This document shows, piece by piece, positions 40,216-53,059 of a stretch of 59,618 bases of DNA. A program made the position numbers and the translations under genes. Source of the stretch: Chiloscyllium plagiosum (taxonomy: Eukaryota); contig NC_057755.1 of assembly GCF_004010195.1 (NCBI RefSeq), positions 1,849,306 to 1,908,923 of the forward strand, given 5' to 3'. The notes beneath the pieces are model-generated. The model was not told the DNA's origin. It searched no databases and was given only the letters and a program-made list of their open reading frames with translations. The first letter of the stretch is position 1. Every line of letters begins with the position of its first letter.

Positions 40216-40594
40216 TAGTGCCCGCCATAGACATGTTATTGTTCCTTTCATAGGAATATATCCAAATACTTAAATTCCAGAAATAAGTTTTAATAAATGG
40301 ATTAAATAGGGCTCGCGCATAATTCAGTGCTTATAAATAAAATAACAAGATTAACGAATATTTAATGCAACTTAGCTTGCATGCTATTCTGTAAAACCAT
40401 ATTCCGTGATACATGCACAGTTTTTCTACATTAATTTACAGAATGTTATAATTGGATTACAATATGTGTTTAAAGAAATGCTGAGAGCTACATAGTATAT
40501 CAAATACACGGCGTGCAAAACGAAACGTTACGTTACACAGAATGAATTGTATTGGAAACTTTAAGTATAGATTGAAGTGCATGGAGATTTCATT

Positions 40595-40845
40595 TTAACC
40601 CCCTGCTGTCCCTGTCCATGAAGTGTTTGATGGGTCAGTGGGCGGAGACCGTTTTATCAGATCAAACGAGTCAAAGGAATGTCCCTCTTTTTTTTAACCT
40701 CTTGATGTCCCTGTCCTGGGATGTTTGACGGGGAATAATCTGAAGATACTTTACTTTAAATTTAGTTTGAGTTCAAACAATTCGGGGTAAGAGTAGTCTG
40801 CATTTCATCCCTTTGTTGTCCCTGCGCTAGTAGTGCTTGACAGCC
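40595..40845 (+). repeat. Three degenerate copies of a ctgtccctgtcctgggagtgtttgatgggg-type shark dispersed/tandem repeat
   Basis: gctgtccctgtccatgaagtgtttgatggg (about 40605), gatgtccctgtcctgggatgtttgacgggg (about 40705), gttgtccctgcgctagtagtgcttgacag (about 40815). Related decayed reverse copies at about 52440-52700. Confidence 0.6.
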
Positions 40846-42769
40846 ATGGAAGTGAGTGAATGTCATTTTAATTTTCAAAGAGTGAAAGGAACTTTATTTT
40901 GAGTTCAAAAGAGAGACCTTTGAATTCCAAATGATCGAGAAACCTTTACCTTTATGCTTTAAGAGAGTCTCCGGCTTACTGTGAATGAATATATGAATAT
41001 CCACACTTCAACATTTGTTCTGTAATTTAGAGTTGACTGATACAGCAGTAATGGAAGAACACAATATCATTATCTTCATCCTCACAGTCACAAGCATCAA
41101 TATTGATTGTCATACAGTGGAAGAAATCTTGTAGAAATGATCATTTGCTGGTATCGACGGTACTTTGACCAGCAATCTTCTTCCTGATATCGATACAATT
41201 GATAATGACAGCTGCAACATGCCTGCAATAATAGGTAGAGGAACCACACCTTGTTTCTTTCAATTCAACCAAGCTCCGTTCATGCGCATTCACAGAAGTT
41301 GCTGTGTTTAATTCTGAACTTGTGATGATGCACATTACAAAAAACTTAATGTTGAAAACATTTTTTGTGGTTGATGCTCTTTCCGATTTTATTCAATTTC
41401 GAACAGAAAGGCACACACTTCCGCACATGACTTGCATTGTAAAGCTTTGTGCCAGTTGTTTAGATTTCATTTGCAAACCAGAGGAAAATCATGGGAGAAT
41501 ATAGTTATTTTTATTGTGGGATTTGCTAGATGTGATTGAATCAGAAAGATAAATCATGTTCGCAGATGGGTTTTGAATGACTGGAAATCATAATTCTCTG
41601 TTCCCAAATTCCCTTCCCACACGAGAACGGACTCTCCAAATCTGTGCATGCATCAGTTAAACCACCAACTAGCGAGCTGACGCTGATGTCAGAAAACATA
41701 GCTTTTAAACATCAAGGTCAATTTTGATGTTTTCTCAATCTATTTGCATGCACACTTGAATTTGTCTGATTTGTCTATTTTTAACATTGAGACTTGCCAT
41801 ATGATTTGATTGGCATTTTTTTGTTCATTTCTCCTGTCCATTATCGTTTTAGTGTTCATTGAAAGAAGGGCGAATATTCTTCCCACAATCTCTGTGGATG
41901 TGAAGGTCCTCTATCGCTGACAGGAAGCCGCGCTGCACCCTGGGAGAGGTTGAGATGCAATGATGATCTGCATCGTGATGTCACTCAATGTGACTGAGCC
42001 CATTAGTGAATGACGTTTTCCTGCTTCAGGTCTCTCTTTGTCTGTGTTTCTGATTCGGTGAGTTACAGCACAGGAATAAGTCCTTCCACCCACCAAAACT
42101 GATGCCTTTCTAAATTAAATAACTTGTCCCTTCACGCAATTAATATCTCTCTGTCTCTCTCCCTCTCTCTGCTCTCTCCCTCCCAGTTCTTTTCCCTGTC
42201 TCTGTCTCTTTGTCTCTTTCTCCCTATCTCTCTCTCTAAGTCTGTTACTTTTCCTCTTTGTCTTTTTGCAGTCTGCAAATCCTGAAATTCACAGCCCTCA
42301 AACGCTACCCTTCTCAACTCTGCCTCTCAATTTCTTTCACTCGCAAACGTTTACATACCCTACAACGGAGATTCCCATAATATTTGTAAATCCCCAAACT
42401 TGCACCCTCAAATTTAGCTGTCTACCACAACTGTAAACAACCCAAAAATGTTCTCTCTCAGCATTCCTGACATTTTGCCTCTTCATCTGCCCCACAAAAC
42501 CTGCCTCTCACAAATGTTGCTCCCTCAAATCTTGATTGTTCACAAATTTTCACCAGCAATCAATATTTGCAGCAGCCCAAGTGTACACCCTTCCAATAAT
42601 TCCCCTGTCAATTTTTTTCTCCCAACTTTGGACCGCTCTCTTAAATTTCAACCTTTTTTTTCCCTAAGTCTTGAACCCCATGAAATTTTGTGGAACATGA
42701 ATTTTGTGACAGTTCCCTCAAAATTTATCATCCCTCAAAAGTTGATACATGCGTTAAGGTTTGCCTGAT

Positions 42770-44050
42770 CATGTAAGCCTGTTTTTGCTGAAACAATCGT
42801 TTCTTATTTTCTCAAAGTCTCACTTATCCTACAGGGGATAGTCCACACATTCTGATAGAGACCCCAATGTGATTTTTTGAGTTAAATTCCTGCCCAACCT
42901 CAGCGTCTGATGTATTTTCACATCTAACCACTTTGTCGCAAGCCTATCAACTCAGCTTGTCTTTATCCACATAAACATAACTTTCTTATACCACAATATT
43001 AATCTTTGGATTTTTCAACTTCCCTGTATTCGAACCTTTCGTCGCCTCTGTATTCTTTTTTATTTCATTCTTGCTGGCCAGCCACCGGTGGCCGGATTTC
43101 GTTGATGAACTTATTGCCATAATGATTTGATTCTACTCTCCTTTGCAACACGCTGGCTACACGATGTACATTCTACTATTGACTCTTCCTTCTGCTTAAC
43201 TCGCCAAATCTCTTCTCATGTAAGAAATGCAGCACAGTGGCATTTTAAAGCTCTTGTGAAATCTGTAGTTATCTCACCCAGCAATACACTTACCGAAGGG
43301 AAGTTCACGTGTTCAGAGTCCTACAGCAACGATCCTTCTGCATGCTTCAATTGGAAACATTTTCTTACGCCAGTCTTTGTACCAGGAAATAAAAATCTTG
43401 ATTCGATTGTGTGTTTGTACTTCATTAGTAATCAGTAGATTATGACACTTTGGTGTTCTTCTTTTCATTTTACTCACAAGTTGTTCTTACCCTACAGCTT
43501 ATCAATGTTCTTGATTTCAAATATTCATCTATAGGCTGGGGGAGACGTTGCATCGAGTTCCTTTCCATCCCACTCCAAATTAATCACCAGGATGGTGTCC
43601 TGAAGAGAGACATCAGGTGGGGAAGATTGTCTTTGAGACACATACTCTTGGGCAAAGGATGCAATAATTACCTTCTGAGCCGTCATGTCACTCACGACCA
43701 TAGCAGTCCTTTTTAATTATGCAGATTTAGTGGTTAGTTAGGTCCCTCAAGCTCAACGATTCTCTCGTTTCTCTGAAAACGTGTATTCGCCAATAATATT
43801 GAAAATTGCAGGGCTCATACTTAACACTGCTACTGCCTGTTTCTCACAAACTAAGTTAATTGCACCAACTTCCTGACCATGAAACGAATATGAAGTGCCT
43901 CTGGAACGGGTCGTCAATACTAACTGGAACTGTGAATGCAGGTCTCCCTCTATGAGCACATGGCATTGTTTGAAATATGATTCAAACTCATTATCCATGA
44001 GCCGCAGACATTGCCTCCAAATGTTTCTGTGGATTGCACAAGTTGATGCA
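42770..44050 (-). mobile_element. Possible very old Gypsy pol remnant
   Basis: Weak by-eye resemblance of minus-strand fragments to the protease-adjacent region (DNEFESYF...GAINLVCEKQAVAVL) and to integrase zinc-finger-adjacent segments; many stops. Confidence 0.3.
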
Positions 44051-44529
44051 CTCTACAGTTGCAGAACAACACCCACCCTGAATTTTTCATGGTATTTTTA
44101 TTCAACTGATTAGCTCTCAACAACGGAAGTGTAATTTAGATAAATTCCTTGGGTTAATAATAATCTTGAACATTTCTAAATGTACCTTTTGATTGCCAAC
44201 TGCATTGGCATTTAAATAATTTGAACGATACAGTTAATATAACACTGACGTTTCACCAGTGCCAGTTCAGTCTATAGTCTCTCATTCAAAGCTTGGATAC
44301 CTTCAATCTCAGTCGATGGGCACGTAAATGCACGATCACAGAGCTGAAATACTCCGCATCCAGTGTAGCTGCAGGGCTCTTGCGATGCAATGGCAGTGTC
44401 GGCATGTCTGAGCCAGATTATTCCACACGCACCTGCTCCAGCGATGTGTTGTAACACAAAACCTGATTTTTCTGCAATGTAGAAGCCTCTTTATGGACAA
44501 CAAAGTTACAGCTGCTGAGGGAGCGTCCA

Positions 44530-45400
44530 GTAACCTCAGATTACCAAGATTATCTTGGTTAGATGGGTCAATGGGCTGATAAGCAGCATTTGGATTTTAA
44601 TTGAGATAAATGCAAGGTGCTGCATTTTGGAAAAGCAAGTCTTAGCAGGACTTACGCACTTAATGATAAGGTCCTAGGGAGTGTTGCTGCACAAAGAGAC
44701 CTTGGAGGGAAGGTTCATAGCTTCTTGAAAGTGGAGTCATAAGTAGATAGGATAGTGAAGAAGGTGTTTGGTGTGCTTTCCTTTACTGGTCAGAGTTTTG
44801 AGTACAGGGGTTAGGAGGTCATATTGCGGCTGTGCATGATTATGGTTAGGCCACTGTTGGAAGATTGCGTGCAGTTGTGGTGTCCTTCCTATTGGAAAGA
44901 TGTTGTGAAACTTGATAGTATTCAGAAGACATTTACAAGTATGTTGCCCTGGTTAGAGGATTTGAGCTAGAGGGAGAGGCTGAACAGGCTTGGGCTGATG
45001 TCCCGGAGCGTCAGGAGCTGATGGGTTTCCTCATAGAGGTTTATAACATCATGAGGGGCATGGATAGGATAAATAGACACAGTCTCTTCCATGGGGTGGA
45101 GAATTCCAGAGCTAGAGGGCATAGGTTTAGGATGAGAGGGCAAGATATAAAAGTGACCTAAGGGACAACTTTTTCACACAAACTGTAGTACGTATATGGA
45201 ATGAGCTGCCAGAGGAAGTGGTGGAAGTGAGTACAATTGCACAACTTAAAAGACATCTGGATAGATATATGCATGGGAAGGGTTTGGAGGGATAACGCAG
45301 TGTTGCTGGCAGGTGGTACTAGATTGAGTTGGGATGTCTGTTTGGCATTGACGAGTTAGACCGAAGGGTCTGTTTCCGTGCTGTAAATCTCATGACTCTA
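44530..45400 (+). mobile_element. CR1/HER1 LINE 3' portion (RT C-terminus and 3'UTR)
   Basis: gataaatgcaaggtgctgcattttggaaaagc (DKCKVLHFGK), caaagagaccttggag, tggttaggccactgttggaagattgcgtgcag, tggaatgagctgccagagg; tail catgactcta. Confidence 0.93.
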
Positions 45401-45684
45401 ACACCTCTTTTGAGAAAGAAGGGCAGACAGCAATTTGATTTCCGGGGAACTGTCACTGTCTCAAAATCTCGATTAAACAAGCTTGTTCTATTGGCTCAGT
45501 TTTTCAGATCAAACTCTGTGTCTAACTTTTCATCTAAAACATCACTGAGGAAAAACATAGTTCTGATATCTCGTGTGTCCCACATTCCAAAACTATTGAT
45601 TTCATCTGCATTCTTGGCTTATTGTCTGTATGCTTCCTTCGTTGAAAATACCCTGGCTTAGACTTGTGCAAACATGGCTCAAAT

Positions 45685-45970
45685 GGGTGGTGTGGTAGCT
45701 CAGTGGTTAGCAATGCGTTGGTCTAGGGTTTGATTCCAGTCTCTGGGCAACTGTCTGGAGCTTGCATACTCGCCCGATGTTTCCTTTGGTTGTTCTGGTT
45801 TTAATTCCACAATCCGCAGATGAGGGTGAATTGGCCATGTTAATGTGAACAAATGTTCAGGCGTTAGGTTAATTGAACTAGTCATGGGAAATGTAGATTA
45901 ATAGAGGAGGGGAAGGGGTCTAGACGGAATCCTCTTTTTTGTGCCGACTGCCCTGTTTCCATACTGTAGA
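45685..45970 (+). mobile_element. HE1-like SINE, strongly diverged
   Basis: gtggtagctcagtggttagca head; gggtgaattggccatgttaa core; ccctgtttccatactgtaga tail. Confidence 0.75.
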
Positions 45971-46039
45971 GATTTTTTGAGATTAGCAGCACTGCGACGG
46001 AGGAGTTTTTTTTCTCTCTCTCATTCACATGGAAGGAGA

Positions 46040-46990
46040 GATGCTACAAAACCTTGGTCAAGATGACTAAAGTTAACCAATAGTCGTAAAAGGGGAGTGC
46101 AAGGTCGATTGATGGGGCTTTGTCACAAGGATATTCTGGAGATTGGAGAACTAAACATGTGTCTGCTTTCTAAAAAAAACTTGTGAATTCTCAATCCAAA
46201 ATTAGCGGAGTATACACGGCTTGGAGGTTTCGTTCGTCAGATGAGATTAAAGAATTGGATGAACAAGGATGTGAAAACAAGGATCAGAATTTTGAAAGCT
46301 GGAATTTGTTGGAAGTGCAATAACACGCAGCTCAGCAAACTGAGTGATGATTAGCGAAGAGCTAACAGTGTGATAAACACCAGAAAAGGTGATTTCGTGT
46401 TCATGCAGAGGGGAATGTGCTTATATAATTGTACTGGAAGAGCAAGGCAAACTATGTTAACGGTGGCTTCTTACGCTGATGAAATAACACAATGTCAGCG
46501 CTGGACAATGTTGTGAACATGTGAGAAGGCAGTTTCAAAAAGATGTGAGTGAGTTGGTCGGAAACCAATCTCTAATTGATACATGATACAAAGTTTCCAA
46601 ACGTTCAGCCATGTTTTCCAGTGAGTAGATTGGAGCCAGTATCTGGTTATTCAAATTTTGAGTAAATTGAAAAGTTATGTAATGTCCTGTAATCAGTTGC
46701 CAAATATTTAAATGGCAGAAATATATGCCAGTGCGTAATTGTCATTAAGAAATCTAATTTTTTGGGAAGATTTCAGAGACAGGAGAAGTGTCAGTGAGTT
46801 AGATGTTTATGTTGCTTATGTACATATTGAAACTTTTAAATTATTGTTGAAGTCTCTGAGGGGCAACTACTTTCATGTGGAAGAGGACGTGATGAAAGAA
46901 CAATCGCCAAATGCAATAGCTGAATAATAAGAAAACAGTAGATTGCAAGTGAAGGTCGAGAGGAATTGAGATGAAGTACATATTGTGAAT
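46040..46990 (-). mobile_element. Decayed L2-type LINE fragment
   Basis: gatgtgaaaacaaggatcagaattttgaaa and gagttagatgtttatgttgcttatgtacat (degenerate YADDxQL region on the minus strand). Confidence 0.45.
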
Positions 46991-47059
46991 TCGGGGGATT
47001 ACAGAGGAATCATTTCACATCAGACTCATCTTGTGGTGAGTTGGTTTTCATTAGCAGGA

Positions 47060-47580
47060 AGATTGAGTTGAAGAACCGAGAAATTATGCTGCAGTCCTAT
47101 AAAGTCCGAGTTAGACCACATTCAGTTCTGTTCGTCTCATTATAGAAAGAATTTGGACGAGTGAGAAAAGATGCAGAGAAAATTTTCCAGGACGCTGCCT
47201 GGACTGGAGGGAATGTCTTAGGAGGAAAGTTTGAGCGAGCGGGGCTTTTCTCAAAGAAGGATGGGAAATGCATTGATAAAGGTGTACAAGATGAGTAGAA
47301 GCATCAGGACAGTGAATAGCTAGAGATGTTTTACCAGGGCGGAACTGGCTATCAGGAGTGGGCATAATTTTAAGGTAATTGGAGGAAGGTTTAGTGAAGG
47401 TGTAAGAGGTAGGTTTTTACACAGAGTGTAGTGGGTGCGTGGAACACACTACTAGCAGTGGTGGTAGAGTCATATACCTTTAGGACATTTAACTGACTCT
47501 TGAATAGGATAAAACGTCGGTGCAACGTCGAGGTTTTAAGGGCATGCATTTTGCTGAACTGTTTTATGCTCTAAGTTCTA
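47060..47580 (+). mobile_element. CR1 LINE 3' fragment
   Basis: gttagaccaca, gcataattttaaggtaattggaggaaggtttag, ttttacacagagtgtagtgggtgcgtggaac. Confidence 0.85.
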
Positions 47581-48302
47581 TTCAACCAAGTACAAATCAG
47601 TGGTAAGGTTTAGATGGCTGAACATGGAAACTGTACATTTGTCCAAAGACAAGACGAAATTTGCAAAGGATGTGATTTGGGAGGAGCAATTTTGCTACTT
47701 TTTAAATTGTGCAAACTTGACTCGGGACATTCAAATTGGGGATTAATCTCTGTAAAAGCAGACGAGGATTATAGACAGAGTTCACGTTTTCCAGATTAGA
47801 ATTGCTATTTGAAGGCCGGGCATCAATTTTTAAGAATGGTCAAGATTTCAGTTCAGACACTGTATTAGGGAACATGAGATGAAAAGAGAGAGGCAGGTGG
47901 TGTAAGGACATGAGAATTAATCCATGGGAGGTGGGAATGTAAATGTGATGGTTTGACTTTCTTCCTGTGTTCTGAATATCACAGTGTGTCCTGTCTCCAC
48001 TGTCATTTTGGGTTTCCAACTCCAAGCATCTGCGTAATCCCCATCGTGAATAATGTTTCAACTTCTTCCAGTTCCAGGGCACTTAATAACTCCCAATTAA
48101 TTTGCTTGTGATGAGCCAACGCTATCATGTAAGAGTTGGACCTCTCGTGCATCCATTATTTGCTTAATGTTATATACCAAAACATAGTCGGTACACTGTT
48201 CCCATGAGAGTTATTTCTAGAGTTATAATTCCTGCTAAGTAGGTTTGAGTTAAATGTAAAGTCCATGGATAGGGACAACGAGAACCTGTCTCTGAGTTGC
48301 TC

Positions 48303-49201
48303 TCACTTCTTTTGTTTACTCATTAATTGAATAACTGTCGTAAATGGATATTTCACTGTTCTCTTCATCTCATTTCTGAATTTCTTCTGTGTTGCCACAT
48401 AAATGAATGTGTTTGTGCAGCAATTTAAGGTCCGCAGCATCCAGCCAGCTCTTCGAACTTTATAAAAAGTATCACTGTAAATATTGCCTGTGAGGGCATA
48501 GAAGAAATTTATAACGTACAGAAGCCACAGAACTATGAAACTTCCTGAAATTGTGAACAACAAAATCACAGATTTCCTTCTACTCTCCATCTCCGGGTCG
48601 TTGATATTTTTCCTCTTGTTCTGCCTGCTCAGTCCCAATCTGAATTGACTAACCACCAAAATATATCGGACTGTCAGAACATTCAGCAAAACGACAGAAA
48701 GAAATGGGAGTAATGGGGTAAATATCAAATCAAACCAATCAAATCCCACCCAACCTGGATCGGTAAAATAGTTTGCCTTTCTGTAACAGAACCACGGCAC
48801 ATTGTTGACTATCTTTCCAGGTTCAAACGTAAAGTAGAAGGGAATGTTTTTTAAGCAGAACAGAGTAGACGTTGTTGCTAAAACTATACTCGCAGTTTTC
48901 TCAGTGCAATATTGCGTATTAAACTTCTGGCAACAAATGGCCACAAATCGATCAAAGGTGAAAGCGTCAGTGAACCAAACAGAGCAGTCTGTAGCAACAC
49001 AAAACAGGAGATTGATAATATTACAAGCATAGGTGATGTCCAAGATGCCCACTGGGAAGTAATAGTAATAGATCTGTCTCAGTATGACCTCAGTGATAAT
49101 GAACATTAGATCCGCTACTGCCATGGCCACCAGGTAGCGAGTAGTGCAAGTGGAAAGGCCACACTTACCCCGACACAATGTCAGAATTGCCAATAAATTA
49201 A
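48303..49201 (-). CDS. Class A GPCR, shark GPR139/GPR142-like family, coding exon 2
   Basis: Acceptor tttctcttttcttttgcag|TT AAT TTA (AG at 49203-49202), phase 1. Intact ORF with VNLLAI, RGKCGLSTCTTRYLVAMAVADL, TFDRFVAICC, PWFC, TPLLPF, DPEMESRRKS and CCTNTFIY; TGA at 48305-48303. Confidence 0.95.
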
Positions 49202-51627
49202 CTGCAAAAGAAAAGAGAAATTGCACTATCAAGCATTGATCAGATATTCCTAATTTATTAGGGATCTGCCACACTCTCCCAATCTTGCTCTTCAAACTTA
49301 CTCCTCACTTCCGTCCTTCCACAACCTTCACTTGAGACTGACAATGACAATTCGCAACCTGGTACAAAGCTCAAGAAAGCAAACCAATCTCAATGTTTTG
49401 TACCATCACAGGCTTATTGTATCCACCCCCATTCCATTCCGCTGAGTGGTGCATCCCAAGTCCTTGTGAATGACATCCCATTTTGAAGTGTGAAAGTTAT
49501 CTTTCGCACACAGTGATTCACAGGGAGGAAGAAATGCAAGATTTTGTCTGGGTCTATAATGGCCACTTTGGGAATCATGCTGTATATTCTGAGAGTATGC
49601 TACATGACATGGGTAAAATATCAAAACAGTCAGCTCACTTTCAAGATACATAGCGTCATGGTGGTGGGTTTTGGATTGGAGCAGAGGGAGTGGAGGGCTG
49701 CACGTTGTGAGGGGGAGCCACTGATAAAAGTGGTGCAGTGGCATTTTGCCGCACTGATCTCTACACCATTGAAGTCAAGCGCCAACTTGAAGACACTTCC
49801 GCCTACCGTCCCCTCGACAATGACCCCACCCCACCCATCACCAAACCATCATCTCCCAGACCATACACAACCTCATCCCCTCAGGAGATCTCCCAGCCAC
49901 AGCTTCCAAACTCATCGTTTGGGAACCCTGCACTGCCCGATTCTACATCCTTCCCAAGATCAACAAGCCTGAAAATCCTGGCCGACCCATTGTCTCAACC
50001 TGTTCATGCCACACCGAACTCATCTCTGCCTACCTCGATACTGTCCTCCCTCTCCGACACTCGGAACACCTCACATACGTTCGAGACACCACCCATGCCT
50101 TCCACATCCTACAAGCCTTCCAATTCCTCAACACCTAACGCCTCATCTGCACCATGGATATCCAATCCTTCGATGCTTCCATTCGCCCTGACCATGGCCT
50201 CCAAGCCATTCGTTTTTTCCTCTCCCAACGTCCCCACTACTGCCCTTTCACTGACACTCTCTTTCGTTTGGCTGAACTGGTCCTCACCCTTAACAATTTC
50301 TCCTTTGAATCCTCCCATTTCGTCAAGACCAAAGGGGTAGCCTTGGGCACCCGTGTGGGCCCCAGCTATGCCTGTCTCTGGGTTGGCTACGTAGAATAGT
50401 CCATCTTCTGTAGTTACACCGGTACCACTCCCCACCACTTCCTCCACTACATTGATGACTGAATCCGCGCCACCTCGTGCTCCGGCGAGGCAGTTGAGCA
50501 GTTCATCAACTTCACCAATACATTCCGCCCGGCCCTTAAAAATTCACCTGGACCATCTCTGACACGTCCCTCGCCTTCCTAGATCACTTCATCTCCATCA
50601 ATCATGACCGACTTAACACTGAAGTTTTTTTTACAAACCCACCAACTCCCACAGCTACTTGAATTACACATTTTTCCTTCCGACCTTCTGCAAAAATGTT
50701 ATCCCGTATTCTCAGTTCCGCCATCTCCTCTGTATCTGTTCCCAGGAGGACCAGTTCGACCACGGAACACACCAGACGGCCTCCTTCCTTAAAGACTGTA
50801 TTTTCTCTTCCGACGTGTTTGAAGATGCCCTCCAATGCATCTCACCCACGTCCCGCACCTCCGCCCGCATACCCCACTCCTCCATGCACAAGGACAGAAC
50901 CTCCCCGGCCCTCACCTTTCACCTTAGCAACCTTTGCATAAACCGCATCATCCGCCTACTACGAACGGACACCACCATCAGTGATGTATTTCCCTTCCCA
51001 CCCCTATCCACGTTCCGCAAAGACCGTTCCTTCCGTGACTACCTGGTCAGGTCAATGCCCCCCAATAACCCACCCTCCCGTCGTAGCAGCTTCCCCTGCC
51101 ACAGCAGGAATTGCCAGCGTCCAGACCTCCCCCTCACCTCCATCCAGGGCCTCAAAGGAGCCTACCACAGCCATCAATTTTTCACCTGCACATCCACCAA
51201 TGTTATTTATTGTATCAGATGCTCCCAAAGCAGTGTTCGTTACATGGGGGAGACTGGACGCCTCCTCGTGGAGTGCTTTAAGGAACATCTCCGGGACACC
51301 CGCATCAGTCAACCCCACCGCCCTGTGACCGAACATTTCAAATCCCCCTCCACCTCTGCGAGGATATGCAGGTCCTGGGCCTCCTCTACCACAACTCCCT
51401 CGCCACCTGACGCCTCGAGGAATAACACCTCATCTTCCACCTCGGAATACTTCAACCCCAGGGTATAAATGTGGACGTCACCAGTTTCCCTCATTTCCCC
51501 TCCCCCAATATACCCCAGTTTCAAAGCAGCCAGCTCAGCACCATCCTGATGACCAGTCCTACCTGCCAATCATCATCCTATCTGCTCCACAATGCTCTCG
51601 GAACCTAACCCCACCTCCATCCACCTC

Positions 51628-51900
51628 GTTAAAAATCACACAACACCAGGTTACAGTCCAACAGGTTTAATTCGAAGCACACAAGCTTTCGGAGCGACGC
51701 TCCAACATCAGGTGATAGTGGAGGGCTCGATGGTAACAGAGAGCTGTGTTACGATCGAGCCCTCCACTATCACCTGATGAAGGAGTGTCGCTCCAAAAGC
51801 TAGTGTGCGTCCAATTAAACCTGTTGGACTATAACCTGGGGTGTTGTGTGATTTTTAACTTTGTACACCCCAGTCCAACACTGGCATCTCCAAATCATGA
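51628..51900. mobile_element. About 230-bp foldback (two inverted PLE terminal repeats) plus tail, nested in the Penelope 3' region
   Basis: 51628 to about 51740 is the near-perfect reverse complement of about 51745-51859. Flanked by ccatccacct direct repeats (about 51617-51626 and 51904-51913). Confidence 0.88.
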
Positions 51901-51991
51901 CTCCCATCCACCTATTTTACTCTCCCCTACTTTTATTTCCGCAGCCCCACCACTTCCCATTTATCTCTCCAATTCAAACACTCCCTGCATC

Positions 51992-52026
51992 ATTCCTGAT
52001 GAAGGGATTTTGCCCGAAATGTTAAT
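51992..52026 (+). ncRNA. Minimal hammerhead ribozyme motif in the Penelope pLTR
   Basis: auuc CUGAUGA(51996-52002) a gggauuuugccc GAAA(52016-52019) u GUU aau. Confidence 0.65.
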
Positions 52027-53059
52027 TTTCCTGCTCTTCGGGTGCTGCCACGCTTGATGTGTTTTTCTAGCACCACTCAAATCTTGACATAGATTCATCC
52101 AGCACAGATACAGCCTTTGGTCCAACTTGCCCACGCCAAACAAATTTCCTAAACTAAAGTTACGCTTTCCAACATTATCTGGGCATAGGTCTTTAATCCC
52201 TTCTGGTAGCCTAATAGTGCATGACTTTTAACCCTGGGCCTCTGACACAATATTTACTGTATGTTTCACATACTTTTTAAAACACCATTCTGATCAGGGT
52301 ATGTAGGGGTGTCCCAGCTGACAATGCCTTCACTGCTGTTAAACAGAAAATTAGCTTCCTCGACTCTTTAGAATTCAAAGGTCTCTCAACTCTCTTGAAC
52401 TTAAAATAAAGGTATTTCAATTCTGAAAGTAAAAAATGACTTTCCCTTGTCCCTGTCCCTCAGCGCAGGGACAACAAGTGATCAAATTATAGAATAAACT
52501 TTCCTCTATTCATTCAGACTAAAAGTAGCCAAAAAAATCAAATCCCCCCATTTCTGTTCCCGTTGAGCACTCTCAGAACACGGATAAAGAGGTTTAAAAT
52601 CAGACAAAATTTCTTCTCATTGGAACAGAAAACAAAAAATGTCTGGTTCCCTCACCCTGGGACAGACGGAAGAGGCGGGAGTTAAAATAAAAGTGTCCTT
52701 GATTCTTTCAAAAGTCCAAAATATCTCTAGGTCTCCAAGACAACAGGCAAGCACCTGTACCCACCTCCCCATGCTGACTTCCAGTGTCTCTCTGTACCCC
52801 ACTATCTTTGCTCACATTGACAGGTGATCACCTGGCTAATGGGCCAATTTCCATTCGGCTGCCGGTGTCATCAGTTACTCAATTAAATCCTGGCTTTCCT
52901 GTGGGGTATTAAATCATGGCTCAGGCTAAATTCTGAGAATACCAGGCCGGTGGGTTTGACTTCAGATGAACCAACGATCACTTCTTATCGAAGGTCATCG
53001 AGGGACGGCAAGTGTTATCTAGTTCTTTCGTAAGAAACGTTAGACAACTCTAACTAGAA

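Larger units (their letters stand above)
49640..52085 (+). mobile_element. Penelope-like retroelement (RT plus GIY-YIG endonuclease), decayed, with 3' pLTR
   Basis: Fragments DKSGAV, MDIQSF, FRLAELVLTLNNFSF, KGVALGTRVGPSYACL, HYIDD, IPYSQF and NVIYCIRCSQ...YMGETGR...FKEH (GIY-YIG). Terminal ctgatgaaggg...cccgaaa...agcaccactc. Confidence 0.92.

Noticed and set aside
49202..49295. N-terminal extension MKSKIGRVWQ... in the ORF track
   Set aside because: TTG start; reads through the polypyrimidine tract and acceptor; the true exon 1 is at 56052-55986.
50659..51468. 269-aa ORF as a host gene
   Set aside because: Fragment of a decayed Penelope RT-thumb/GIY-YIG region with frameshifts on both sides.
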